Origin: an uncultured bacterium
Lineage (GTDB): Bacteria; Oederibacteriota; PGYV01; CAWJRG01
Reading direction: 5' to 3'
Assembly: GCA_963845185.1 (NCBI GenBank)
Contig: CAWJRG010000010.1
Location: 800,001-864,000, forward strand
DNA: 64,000 nucleotides
The translations under genes were made by a program, and so were the position numbers. Below, one piece after another: positions 10,638-20,401 of this stretch (the first letter of the stretch is position 1; the number at the start of each line of letters is the position of its first letter). The notes beneath the pieces were generated by a model. It worked only from the letters and a program-made list of their open reading frames with translations, searched no databases and was not told the origin of the DNA.

Positions 10638-11522
10638 TTATTGCTCCCACATGGGTCTAAACATATACCATTCTTCAGGATATTGTATAATTATTTTTTC
10701 TGCTTCTGTAAAAATTGCCTGCGTTATTGTCTGTAAATCATTTTCCCTGGAGCCAGTTAGTTTATAATCAAGTATAGCACTAGGAACCCCATAAAACCAG
10801 TCATTTTCACGCATAAGATAACCGACTATTATCTTGGCGCCTGTTTTCAAGGCAAGCCTAGCTGCGGCTGAAGCAACATAAGTCTTTTTTCCAAAAAAAT
10901 CTACCATAACCCTGCTTATATCGGTATTGGGCAGGGGCCGGTCAACGAGTACGTTTAATATACAGTTGTTTTCGAGACAGGAATAGGCATCCCTTAAGTT
11001 TTTATTAGGAAGTATCAAGTTAATGCCGTAATTTTTTCTCGATTCCTCTATAAATTTTGAATAACCGCCGCCAAGGTCATCAACGATTGCCCAAACAGGG
11101 ACTTTTTTATTAAAATAAGAGGCTATTGTTATGCCTGCAATATCCCAGTTTGAAAAATGTAATGTGGCAATAATAAGTCCTTTTTTAAAATTAAGCGCAT
11201 GTTCTATTTCAGCCACGCCTTTACCACGCATCTCAGGAATCCTGCCGGATTTTAGAATTTTATCTATATAAAGAAACTCCACGTTAAATTTGCCATAATT
11301 AGTAAAATTGTCATTCATCGTTTTATATATTTCCGCAGGGGTAGCCTGCCTGCCGAATTTTTTTTGTAAAATAACTGAATAATTATTAAATACATTTTTT
11401 CTTTTCACTCCCCATATAAAAAAAATGAATTTTGTGATCGCACCGGCAACTCCATAAAGGAATTTTATCGGAAAAATTGATATGAATTTTGAAAAAAGTT
11501 TTAAAAAGAGATACATTATCAT
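10638..11522 (-). CDS. LpxL/PatA-family lipid acyltransferase (second copy)
   Basis: HFSNWD (HxxxxD), LVDR, VDFFG, PEEWYMFRPMW. Confidence 0.85.
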   Translation of the reverse strand: MIMYLFLKLFSKFISIFPIKFLYGVAGAITKFIFFIWGVKRKNVFNNYSVILQKKFGRQATPAEIYKTMNDNFTNYGKFNVEFLYIDKILKSGRIPEMRGKGVAEIEHALNFKKGLIIATLHFSNWDIAGITIASYFNKKVPVWAIVDDLGGGYSKFIEESRKNYGINLILPNKNLRDAYSCLENNCILNVLVDRPLPNTDISRVMVDFFGKKTYVASAAARLALKTGAKIIVGYLMRENDWFYGVPSAILDYKLTGSRENDLQTITQAIFTEAEKIIIQYPEEWYMFRPMWEQ

Positions 11523-12649
11523 TCAGCGCTCCATATTTTCTTATAATATTGTATGTTCATTTTTGCTATTTTCTCCCAAGTGAAATTACGCGCCTTTATA
11601 ATGCCATTCGCGCCGATTTTTTTTCTTAATGATCTGTTGCTTATAAGAATATCAAGTTTATCGTAAAGGTCAGCTACATCCCTGCTTTTTGCAAGCAAAC
11701 CGTCTTTGTTATTGGAAACAACGTCATTATAACCAGGTATATCAAAAGCTACAACTGGGATACCGGTAGCCATAGCTTCAAGAAGAACTATTCCAAAGCT
11801 TTCCCCAAAAATTGCTGGTGAGCAAAAGATATCAGCACTTGAATAATAGCGGGGTAAATCTTTTATAGAAACAAAACCTTCGAAATGAACATCCTGTAAC
11901 TTGTTCTTCCCGACGAATTTTTTATAAAGGTTAAGTAAAGGACCTCGGCCAACGATTATCAGACGTATATTTTCATATTTAGTTAAAAGCTTTTTGTAAG
12001 ATTCTAGCAAATAAATAAGACCTTTTCTTTTTTCTATCCTTCCAACAAACAATATATTTATTTTTTTATCATCATACTTTTTAATTTTTTTATTTTTTCG
12101 TTTAAAACGTTTTATACTGACTCCGTTTGGTATTATTTCAACTTCGCCATTAAAATATTTAGCAATACTCCGTTTTGCGGAAGGAGAAACAGCTATTTTG
12201 CCGTGTAAACGTTTCCATAAAGGATATAAAAAACCTCTGCTTAATTTATAAAATAGGTTAGAATTAAAATTGGCATGAAAAGTAGCAATGTTTGTAGATT
12301 TTGAATATTTGATTATTTCATGCGATAAAAAAGGCACAAAAGGCTCCTGAAAATGTATGATATCAAAATTGTAATTATCCAGTATTTTTTTTGTTCTGCT
12401 TTTACCTATAAATAATATAATCCTTCCTGTAGAGCCATTGACAAAAAAAGGAACTCCTTTTCCTATTCGTATTACATCTTCTTCATCTATGCTATGTCCG
12501 CTGAAATGGCCTGTTATAATCTTAACAAAATATCCCATTTTCTTATATTCCTTTTTTAAATGATATACATATTCCTGTACACCTCCGGGTAAAGGGTAAT
12601 AATAAGGGGTAACTATCGCGATTTTTTTGAACAATTTCTTTTTAGTCAT
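11519..12649 (-). CDS. pimA: GT4 glycosyltransferase, PimA-like phosphatidylinositol alpha-mannosyltransferase
   Basis: PY..PLPGGVQ, NGS, HFQEP, ATFHA, IAVS, IPNGV, GESFGIVLLEAMA closely follow the PimA motif order; context with pgsA/ino1/PatA-like genes. Confidence 0.75.
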   Translation of the reverse strand: MTKKKLFKKIAIVTPYYYPLPGGVQEYVYHLKKEYKKMGYFVKIITGHFSGHSIDEEDVIRIGKGVPFFVNGSTGRIILFIGKSRTKKILDNYNFDIIHFQEPFVPFLSHEIIKYSKSTNIATFHANFNSNLFYKLSRGFLYPLWKRLHGKIAVSPSAKRSIAKYFNGEVEIIPNGVSIKRFKRKNKKIKKYDDKKINILFVGRIEKRKGLIYLLESYKKLLTKYENIRLIIVGRGPLLNLYKKFVGKNKLQDVHFEGFVSIKDLPRYYSSADIFCSPAIFGESFGIVLLEAMATGIPVVAFDIPGYNDVVSNNKDGLLAKSRDVADLYDKLDILISNRSLRKKIGANGIIKARNFTWEKIAKMNIQYYKKIWSAE

Positions 12650-13502
12650 ATTTTATCCATACTTTTTGAAGCATGCACCATTGCTCCGGGTATTGGTTTA
12701 TTATCTTTTCCATTTCAATAATGATTTCTTTTGACAGTTTTTCCACATTTTCCTGTGATTTTTCCAGCATTTCAAGATTAAGAATTTTTTTAGTATTAAT
12801 AGCCGGTATAAAATAAAATGGATTTTCTTGCCTAAGCATGCCGCCAAAAATAATAGGGCTTTTATGAGCAAGGGCAAGCTTCGCAGGTCCACTCGGTATA
12901 TAAGCTTTATTGCCGAAAAAATCAAGTATCAGGCCATTTTTATCGAGATCCCTGTCTGATAGAAGTACAAGTATTTCATTATGTTTTAAAGCGTTTAGCA
13001 TCGATTTTATATCATTTGATTCTATTACTTTCATACCAAAACGCTCGCGTGTTTCCTTAAACCAGCGAAAAGCGCCGGATGATAATTTTTCAACAACAAC
13101 ATTAGTCCTGCCTGGAAAAAGGCTGGCTAAAAAAGATCCGCCCAAGTCCCAATTGCCTATATGCGTACTTATCCCAATAAGTCCATGGCCATTTTCAAGT
13201 AATCCGCTTATAAAGTTAAAAGTTGCTTTAAATATATTTTGGTCTGATATTGCATTTAAAAGAATTTCTTTTTTGCAGAAAAGGTCAAAGTAGTAACGGC
13301 CGTAGTTTTTGTAAATCTCTGCCAAAATTTTATCCGGTACATCAGTGGCGTTTAAAACAAAACAAATATTCTTTTTTAAAGTATGTTTTTTAATTTTTGA
13401 AAAGAAAAAAAGGATTAATGCGATTTTCTCAAAAATAAAATATCCCGCCTTACGCGGGATATTCTTTAAAATAAATTCTGATATTTTAAAAATAAAATAC
13501 AT
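12642..13502 (-). CDS. LpxL/PatA-family lipid acyltransferase
   Basis: HIGNWD, LLSDRDL, DFFG...PSGPAKLA, PEQWCMLQKVW. Confidence 0.85.
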   Translation of the reverse strand: MYFIFKISEFILKNIPRKAGYFIFEKIALILFFFSKIKKHTLKKNICFVLNATDVPDKILAEIYKNYGRYYFDLFCKKEILLNAISDQNIFKATFNFISGLLENGHGLIGISTHIGNWDLGGSFLASLFPGRTNVVVEKLSSGAFRWFKETRERFGMKVIESNDIKSMLNALKHNEILVLLSDRDLDKNGLILDFFGNKAYIPSGPAKLALAHKSPIIFGGMLRQENPFYFIPAINTKKILNLEMLEKSQENVEKLSKEIIIEMEKIINQYPEQWCMLQKVWIKYD

Positions 13503-14594
13503 TTATTTTTTGTGTTTTTTTGTATTACCGTCAATAAATTCAGCAACCATTCTTTTTGCAGTCGTATCTGAATATTGTTTCGGAGGGGTCTTCATGAAAT
13601 AGGCACACGGGCCTTCAAGGATGCCACCGATTTTTCTATCCAATGCTATTTTTGCGCACCGAATAGCATCTATTATTACGCCTGCGCTGTTTGGCGAATC
13701 CCATACTTCAAGTTTAAGCTCCACATTTAAAGGAACATCGCCAAAATTTGTGCCCTCGAGCCTGATATAAGCCCATTTTCTGTCTTCCAGCCACGGGATA
13801 TGGTCGCTCGGGCCTACATGTACGTCGGTTTTTTCATTTATTTCATTCTGCAACTGGCTTAGGACAGAATTTGTTTTTGATATTTTTTTTGAATACAGCC
13901 TTTCTCTTTCAAGCATGTTCATAAAATCCATATTACCGCCAAAATTGATCTGATAGGTTCGCAATATTTTTACGCCCCTGTCGCCGAATAATTTTGTGAG
14001 AACCCTGTGAACTATAGTTGCGCCGACCTGTGATTTTATATCATCGCCTATGATAGGCACACCAGCATCCTTAAATCTCTGCGCTGATTCTTTATTAGAG
14101 GCAATAAATACAGGTATAGCATTAATAAATGCAACTTTTGACTTAAGAGCTTCTTCGGCATAATACCTTGTTGCTTTTTCAGAACCAACAGGAAGGTAAC
14201 TTATAAAAACATCTGTTTTTGTTTCTTTTAATACTGCGGCAATATCAACAGGTTTTTTTGGAGATTCAATGATAACCTGTCGATAATATTTTCCAAGGCC
14301 GTCAAATGTATGCCCGCGCAGTACTTTTACTCCAGTTTTTGGAATTTTTGCGAATTCAATGGTATTATTCGGGAAGCTTGCAAGAGCATCTTTTGTATCT
14401 TTACCAACTTTATTTATATCAACATCAAACGCGGCAACAAGCTCAATATCCTTTACCCTGTAACCGCCAAGGTTTGCATTCATAAGACCCGGAACAAATT
14501 CTTCATCTTTCACATTTTTATAGTATTCAAGACCCTGCACAAGAGAAGAAGCACAGTTGCCCGTCCCGGCAATTGCAATTCTTATTTTTCCCAT
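13503..14594 (-). CDS. ino1: myo-inositol-1-phosphate synthase
   Basis: [51 protein letters not shown] 14594 after AGGAGG. Confidence 0.96.
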   Translation of the reverse strand: MGKIRIAIAGTGNCASSLVQGLEYYKNVKDEEFVPGLMNANLGGYRVKDIELVAAFDVDINKVGKDTKDALASFPNNTIEFAKIPKTGVKVLRGHTFDGLGKYYRQVIIESPKKPVDIAAVLKETKTDVFISYLPVGSEKATRYYAEEALKSKVAFINAIPVFIASNKESAQRFKDAGVPIIGDDIKSQVGATIVHRVLTKLFGDRGVKILRTYQINFGGNMDFMNMLERERLYSKKISKTNSVLSQLQNEINEKTDVHVGPSDHIPWLEDRKWAYIRLEGTNFGDVPLNVELKLEVWDSPNSAGVIIDAIRCAKIALDRKIGGILEGPCAYFMKTPPKQYSDTTAKRMVAEFIDGNTKKHKK

Positions 14595-14619
14595 CTTAGT
14601 AAAACCTCCTTTTAGCGCC

Positions 14620-15222
14620 TTAATCATTATTCAAATTTTTTGTTTTAACAAAAACCCACCAAACTCTCTGAATAACTGTTATAAAAGAAAAAAATCCTAT
14701 TACTAACATTGCTTCAAAAATTCTGTTAATCAGCAAGCCAATAATAAAAATTATTAACCTTTCGGGACGCGTAAAAACTCCCACTTCGCAGTCTATTTTT
14801 AAAGCACCTGCCCTTGAACGAGTGTAACTAATCAAGAAAGATAAAAACATCACTATGTATGAAAGGATAATACCATACCGCGAATCTAAATTTACATAAT
14901 GCATTAAAACCGCAAAATATAAGATTCCCTCTGATAATCTGTCAACCGTAGAATCAAGGAAACCGCCAAACTTGGTCTTTTTATTCATTTTGCGCGCAAG
15001 TACACCGTCCAGCATATCAAAAATACTACCCAAAAGCACTATAACAGCAGCTAAAATGAAATTGCCCTTAATAATATAAAAGGCGCCGACGCAAGTTATG
15101 ATAAAACCCAACCATGTAACGGCATTTGGAGTAAAGCCTGCCTTACTCAAAAGAACAATTATAGGCGCGAGAATTTTCTCGCTAAAACCTTTTAAATTAT
15201 CACGTAATTTTTGGTAAGCCAT
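14620..15222 (-). CDS. pgsA: CDP-alcohol phosphatidyltransferase, probable phosphatidylinositol-phosphate synthase
   Basis: [26 protein letters not shown] signature, SYTRSRA, RPER; adjacent to ino1. Confidence 0.85.
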   Translation of the reverse strand: MAYQKLRDNLKGFSEKILAPIIVLLSKAGFTPNAVTWLGFIITCVGAFYIIKGNFILAAVIVLLGSIFDMLDGVLARKMNKKTKFGGFLDSTVDRLSEGILYFAVLMHYVNLDSRYGIILSYIVMFLSFLISYTRSRAGALKIDCEVGVFTRPERLIIFIIGLLINRIFEAMLVIGFFSFITVIQRVWWVFVKTKNLNND

Positions 15223-15295
15223 TTTTAGGCAATAAATATCTCCTAAAACATTATAATCAAAAAGTGTTTAATTTATTAAGAAAACAACGAGGTCT

Positions 15296-15324
15296 GTTAT
15301 AACACCAATTATAATTTTTGTCAA
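15296..15324 (-). promoter_or_regulatory. Sigma70-type promoter of the pgsA-ino1 operon
   Basis: TTGACA-17 bp-TATAAC on the minus strand. Confidence 0.65.
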
Positions 15325-15344
15325 TAAAAATTCATTAGCCCAGA

Positions 15345-15532
15345 TTACTCCATCGTGGAACTCCTCGCAGATGCGATTAAGCCTTTGTATCTTCACTATT
15401 TAGGCGAGGTGGGGACCAGACACCGCAACTAATGCTGCTCTGATCATATTCCATGGCGCCGGGTATAGATTCATCCTTCTGAAAAGCAAAGGTTAAAAAC
15501 AGCTTCAACTGCGAGGGTCGGACATTGTAGAT
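15345..15532 (-). ncRNA. ssrS: Probable 6S RNA
   Basis: ~185-nt GC-richer intergenic rod: CCTCGCAG/CTGCGAGG, CCTTTG/CAAAGG, central bubble with CCCACC, apical CCGGCGCC/GGTGTCTGG stem. Confidence 0.55.
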
Positions 15533-15605
15533 AGTTGCAATTACGCCATTAAATTGTCATGACATATATAATTTAATGAGGATAATTAATTATTTTATGA
15601 GAGGG

Positions 15606-17132
15606 TTATTTTGGAGAGGTTTTTGTAATAAGTTTTAATTTAATTTCCGCACGCCGGTTTACAAAACGTTCTTCTTCGCTCTTGTTTGGTTTTAAAGGTT
15701 TTTTCTCGCCAAAACCCTTTAAAATAAATTTTGCGTCAATTAATTTATGCCTTACAACAAGATAATTTTTTACCGATTTTGCTCTCGCAGTCGATAATTC
15801 ATAATTTGACGGGTAACGTTTTGTATGAATAGGTATATTATCGGTATGGCCATCAACAGCAATATAAGAAAATTTATATTTTTTAATGATTTTTGAGATT
15901 TCATCAAGTACTGCAAAATATTCCTCTTTGATATTTGCGGAACCGCTGTCAAAATGAATAGTAGGATAAAATAAAATATAATTGCCTTTTTTTACGGCTT
16001 TAACTGCCAATTGGTTTTCGGGTATTACTTCTGGCGTTGCTTCCGGCTGCATGGTAACAACTGTTTCCGGCCTAGTAGGTATTGCAACCGCAGTAATTGA
16101 CGAGGCAACTGGGGATGACTTTACAGCGAAAACATTTTCAACGTTTTCTTTATGTATAGGTTGTGCAACAGGCGGAGCTGTTGGAACCGCAGTTGGCAAA
16201 GGATTTTCCAATACTCTATACAGCCAGGAAGGAGAAACACCGCCGCCGTTTGATATTCTCTGCTGATTTGAACCATCATTATTCATAGTCCATAATTCGG
16301 GCTGGTACTTATCGTTTCGTGCGCTTGAGAAAACGATAAGGTTTCCATCGTGAGAAAAACAAGGTGAATCGCTTCTGCCGTCAAATGTTAATTGAAGTTT
16401 CTGGGTTGCCCCTATATCAAGCGACCAAATATTAGAAACATCTTCATCCAGGACAGTAAATGCTATTTTATTTCCGGCAGGAGACCACGCCGGTGAAGCC
16501 GCAATTTTATTCAATAAATTTGTCAGGGGAGAATCCTGCAAACTGTAAAGATCCTTAATATATAAATTATAAGTATTCATTTTTTCAATCCTTGAAAAAA
16601 CAAGTTTATTGTCTTTTGAAAGAGCAGGGGATATGCAATCATGCGAAGCAGTTAAAGCTTCCTGATTATAGCCATCCCTGGTAATTTTCCACAATTCTTT
16701 GTTCCTTGAATAAATAATAAAAGACGAATCTGTGCTCCAAATAGGCGCATTATGTATGCCGAAATTCTGTATATCGCCCTCAACAGTATCTTCATCGAAG
16801 GTCAGCTGATAAGGCCTGCCTGTCTTAAAATCGCCGACCCAGAGGTTATAACTATTTTTGGTTTTAGCCCAATACGCGACATAAAACCCGTCGGGCGATG
16901 CAGAAGGGAACCATTTGCTGTTATTATCCGAAAATATTTCCTCACGCCCGGTACCGTCTGTATTTGACCAAAATAAATCGCCTTTATAAGTAAATAATAT
17001 TTTTTCCATATGCGGTATTGGCGTCATGGTTGGTACAGGAGTAGGCAGTGCTTTTTGCCTTTTCCTTTCACACGCGGGGAAAAGGCATAAAATAAGCAGT
17101 ATATTGATTATAATAATAAATTTATTTTTCAT
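15606..17132 (-). CDS. Lipoprotein: TolB-like beta-propeller, Pro/Thr linker, OmpA-like peptidoglycan-binding domain
   Basis: Lipobox LFPAC; SPDG/PAWSP PD40 repeats; IHFDSGSA, DGHTDN, NYELSTARA, NRRAEI. Confidence 0.85.
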   Translation of the reverse strand: MKNKFIIIINILLILCLFPACERKRQKALPTPVPTMTPIPHMEKILFTYKGDLFWSNTDGTGREEIFSDNNSKWFPSASPDGFYVAYWAKTKNSYNLWVGDFKTGRPYQLTFDEDTVEGDIQNFGIHNAPIWSTDSSFIIYSRNKELWKITRDGYNQEALTASHDCISPALSKDNKLVFSRIEKMNTYNLYIKDLYSLQDSPLTNLLNKIAASPAWSPAGNKIAFTVLDEDVSNIWSLDIGATQKLQLTFDGRSDSPCFSHDGNLIVFSSARNDKYQPELWTMNNDGSNQQRISNGGGVSPSWLYRVLENPLPTAVPTAPPVAQPIHKENVENVFAVKSSPVASSITAVAIPTRPETVVTMQPEATPEVIPENQLAVKAVKKGNYILFYPTIHFDSGSANIKEEYFAVLDEISKIIKKYKFSYIAVDGHTDNIPIHTKRYPSNYELSTARAKSVKNYLVVRHKLIDAKFILKGFGEKKPLKPNKSEEERFVNRRAEIKLKLITKTSPK

Positions 17133-18198
17133 CTGGACTACCTGAATCTTCTATAATGGAACTGTTTGTTTTTATTTCTGCAAGTACAGGGAAATAAGAT
17201 TTAAAATAATAAGTGAGGCGTATGCTTTCCTTTGTCGAATTAATATTTGTCTTATAAATATCATTGCCTTCAACATAAAGCATGTAATTTCCGTCAGGGA
17301 ACCAAAAAGGGCTAAACCCGCCGTTAAAAGTGATTTGTTTTTCTGAAGAACCGTCAATTTTGGTTATCCATATATTAGGGCCTTTGTTGACATCAGATAT
17401 ATAAGCAATATAATTTTGCTTAATATCTTTGCTGTTTCTGCTCCAGGTTATGTCATTATTAGGGTAATAAGTTTCCTTAATAAATTTATTGTCCAGGCCT
17501 ATATGCGTTATTGTGCATATTCCCCTGTTATTAAAATAGGCTATGTTGCTGTCGTCTCCCCAGTCAAAAGAAGGGGTTATTATATCGCTGGCTACTATTT
17601 TGTTCATATTTGTGCCGTCCGCCAGCATGCTCCACAAGCCGTTGTGAAGTTTTGTTTTTTCCCTTGAAAAGATAATTTTTTCGCCTTCAGGCGAAAGCCT
17701 GAACATGCTTACATCGTGTGTGCCTGTCAGCACAGACGGGGTTTCGCCGGTTTTGTCAATCGTCCAAATATCGCCTTTTTTCAAGAATATCACATTGTTT
17801 GAATCCTTTGACCAGCCTATCTGTCCACGGTTGTATAAATCTATAATTGTTATATTTTCTTTGTCGTTGGTAAGAGGCTTCTGTCCTGTGCCGTCAAAAT
17901 TCATCAGCCATAAATTAATAAACCCCGACCTGTCGGAATAAAAGGCTATTTTTGCCCCGTCAGGCGATATTGCAGGGCACCAGTTATTTTTTTCCTTTGT
18001 CAGAACGTTTTTATCCTCGCCGTTTACACTCATGCTGCCTATCTGCAGAAAATACTTGCTGTCTTCCATAACATAAAAAATGAGTGTTTTATAATTCGAA
18101 GCTTGTATTTTTTCGGTTTCCGGCTGGCCAAACAGAAAAAATGGAATAAGGAGGAAGGTGATAATTAAAAGAAAATTAAATTTTGATTTTATGTTCAT
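17122..18198 (-). CDS. Secreted TolB-like beta-propeller protein
   Basis: Signal peptide; PAISPDG.KIAFYSDRSG and other PD40 repeats. Confidence 0.8.
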   Translation of the reverse strand: MNIKSKFNFLLIITFLLIPFFLFGQPETEKIQASNYKTLIFYVMEDSKYFLQIGSMSVNGEDKNVLTKEKNNWCPAISPDGAKIAFYSDRSGFINLWLMNFDGTGQKPLTNDKENITIIDLYNRGQIGWSKDSNNVIFLKKGDIWTIDKTGETPSVLTGTHDVSMFRLSPEGEKIIFSREKTKLHNGLWSMLADGTNMNKIVASDIITPSFDWGDDSNIAYFNNRGICTITHIGLDNKFIKETYYPNNDITWSRNSKDIKQNYIAYISDVNKGPNIWITKIDGSSEKQITFNGGFSPFWFPDGNYMLYVEGNDIYKTNINSTKESIRLTYYFKSYFPVLAEIKTNSSIIEDSGSPDEK

Positions 18199-18537
18199 TT
18201 TCTCCTCATCGGCTTTTATACTAAAACATAACGTGCATATTTAATTCTATTTAAATCATAGTATATTCTATTCATTTATAAAGTCAAGAATTATTTGAAT
18301 TTGAAAGGTTTTATCGAATTTAAGACATTTATACAAAAAATTGACATAAAATCAGCAATTCAAAATACTGACAAATTTTCAATTTTACAAATATCCGTCA
18401 CAAACCCGGAATAAATCAGGCGTTGAGTAAAGGTAAATAATAAAAACAAATTTAAAAAATAAAAAATTTGTTGTATAATAACAAACAGATATAGGTGCTT
18501 TTCATATTGTACAAAACCTTATTTTTAGGAGAAAATA

Positions 18538-19470
18538 ATGGGAAAAAGATTATTAATTTTAACCATAATATCTTTTTTATTTTTATGCATTTCCTGCAAA
18601 CAGCTAAACAGAAATAATCCTACTGACCCGAAAAGCAGCACATATATAGGCATAACATATGACGGGCAATTATCCAATACGTCAGGCGCGACTATAAGGG
18701 CGATGAACATAAACAGCGGCTTAATAACCTTCGGAGCTTATACCACATACGCAAGCATAGGGGATTGTGTAATTGAAATACTTGGAAGCCAACAACTGGT
18801 ATACATAGGAACGACGGGCAATGTCATTGGGACTTTTGCCGATATAACAGACATGTGCAACGACGGAAGCGGGGATTTATTTGTAACAGACAACAAAAGT
18901 GCCGTGCAGATAATCGACCCTCAATATAACTTTCATTATTTTAATGTTACGGCAACAAGCGTGTCTACATTATATTTAGCATGTTATCAGAACAGCATTT
19001 ACCTTGCCAATACTTCGGACAAGACAATACAAATTTATGGCGGAGGTAGTCCCACAAACCTAGACATATACAACATGACTAATTCAGTTTCAGTGACGGT
19101 TACAGCCAACGGCTATTTTTCCCCGGGCAGGATATTTACTTCGGCAAATTATATCTTTGTCGTGAACAGTTTGAATAAAAAGGAAGTTTTAAAGTTAAGC
19201 CATGGATCTCTGGCAATGCAGGCAGACATAATATTCGGGGCGGATGTCATAGACGCGGCGCTATATTCAAACAATACAATCCAGCTTTTATCCGAGCAGG
19301 CTGTATATCAGATCAATGAAAACCTGTCGTTAGCCGGAGCGAAAGAATGGGGCAATTTTGGGCAGGGTGACGGGAGAGTCATTAACGGTCAGCTCATCGC
19401 TTATGATAACATAACAGGAAAAATTTACATACTTGACGGCACAGAAATAAAAATATTCGGGTCAAATTAA
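18538..19470 (+). CDS. Hypothetical lipoprotein (beta-rich, propeller-like)
   Basis: Lipobox CISC, RNNPTDP, AGGAG RBS. Confidence 0.6.
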   Translation: MGKRLLILTIISFLFLCISCKQLNRNNPTDPKSSTYIGITYDGQLSNTSGATIRAMNINSGLITFGAYTTYASIGDCVIEILGSQQLVYIGTTGNVIGTFADITDMCNDGSGDLFVTDNKSAVQIIDPQYNFHYFNVTATSVSTLYLACYQNSIYLANTSDKTIQIYGGGSPTNLDIYNMTNSVSVTVTANGYFSPGRIFTSANYIFVVNSLNKKEVLKLSHGSLAMQADIIFGADVIDAALYSNNTIQLLSEQAVYQINENLSLAGAKEWGNFGQGDGRVINGQLIAYDNITGKIYILDGTEIKIFGSN

Positions 19471-20400
19471 ATGAAAAAAAGCATATTAACAGGAAGTCTT
19501 TTCATGTTTTTTTTAATTTCACAATATTTATATCCTGCAACATACAGCGCCGCTCAGCCGGCAAACGCTGGCTATTACACTGCCACAACTAAAACCACAG
19601 CAGTGCAGTTTTATAAGACAGCACCAGGCACTGTTCCCCAGCAAACTCCGGCAAATCAAAGTGCCGGCGGGTATGCAGCGCCGGCAACAAACACTACACA
19701 GGCCGCGTATGCACCCACTCAGCTCACAATGACTCCGGAACAAAAAGACGAACTCAGGGCTGAATATATGATTAAGGGCGACGAGCTTTTTAGGGCATAT
19801 AAGTACGATGAGGCAATAAGATATTATTACGCTGCAGTCAAAGTGCAGGACAATTATATGCGCGGCTGGAAACAAATGGCGTTTTGTTATTACCTACTTA
19901 AAAAACATCAGTACGCCTACTCGGCCTTTAAAAAAGTGCTTTCATTTGACCCGAACGACAAGGATGCAAAGGAATTCATGGATTATTACAATTCCATGAT
20001 TACAAAAGGCCAGAAAAAGCCGATAAAAAGGGAAATGTCCGATTCCTCATGGAGATCGGCAGTACTGCCCGGATGGGGTCAGATCTATAATAACCAGGTG
20101 TTAAAAGGACTTCTTTTTGGAAGCGGGTTTTTGATATCTGCAGGGCTTACTGTTTATGACATAGTTGATGAAAGGTCAAAATTCGACAAGTATGAAACGG
20201 CAAACGAGAACCTTGATATAGCATATAGCGCAGCGCAGGATGCCTATAACATGGCCTTGACCTTCGGCATTGCCACGGCTCTTATATGGATCGGCGGCAT
20301 GGTTGACGCGGCCTTAAATTATAACTGCGAGGAAGCAAGGTCAGTGGATGTGACACTTAAAAACAACACAATTTTTCTTTGCGAGACAATCCGGTTTTAA
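19471..20400 (+). CDS. Secreted TPR protein with DUF5683-like C-terminus
   Basis: TPR-like helices; RSAVLPGWGQIYN motif followed by hydrophobic helices. Confidence 0.65.
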   Translation: MKKSILTGSLFMFFLISQYLYPATYSAAQPANAGYYTATTKTTAVQFYKTAPGTVPQQTPANQSAGGYAAPATNTTQAAYAPTQLTMTPEQKDELRAEYMIKGDELFRAYKYDEAIRYYYAAVKVQDNYMRGWKQMAFCYYLLKKHQYAYSAFKKVLSFDPNDKDAKEFMDYYNSMITKGQKKPIKREMSDSSWRSAVLPGWGQIYNNQVLKGLLFGSGFLISAGLTVYDIVDERSKFDKYETANENLDIAYSAAQDAYNMALTFGIATALIWIGGMVDAALNYNCEEARSVDVTLKNNTIFLCETIRF

Positions 20401-20401
20401 T

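Noticed and set aside
18300..18420. Short ACAAA/GACA direct repeats in a divergent promoter region
   Set aside because: Too degenerate to separate from AT-rich background
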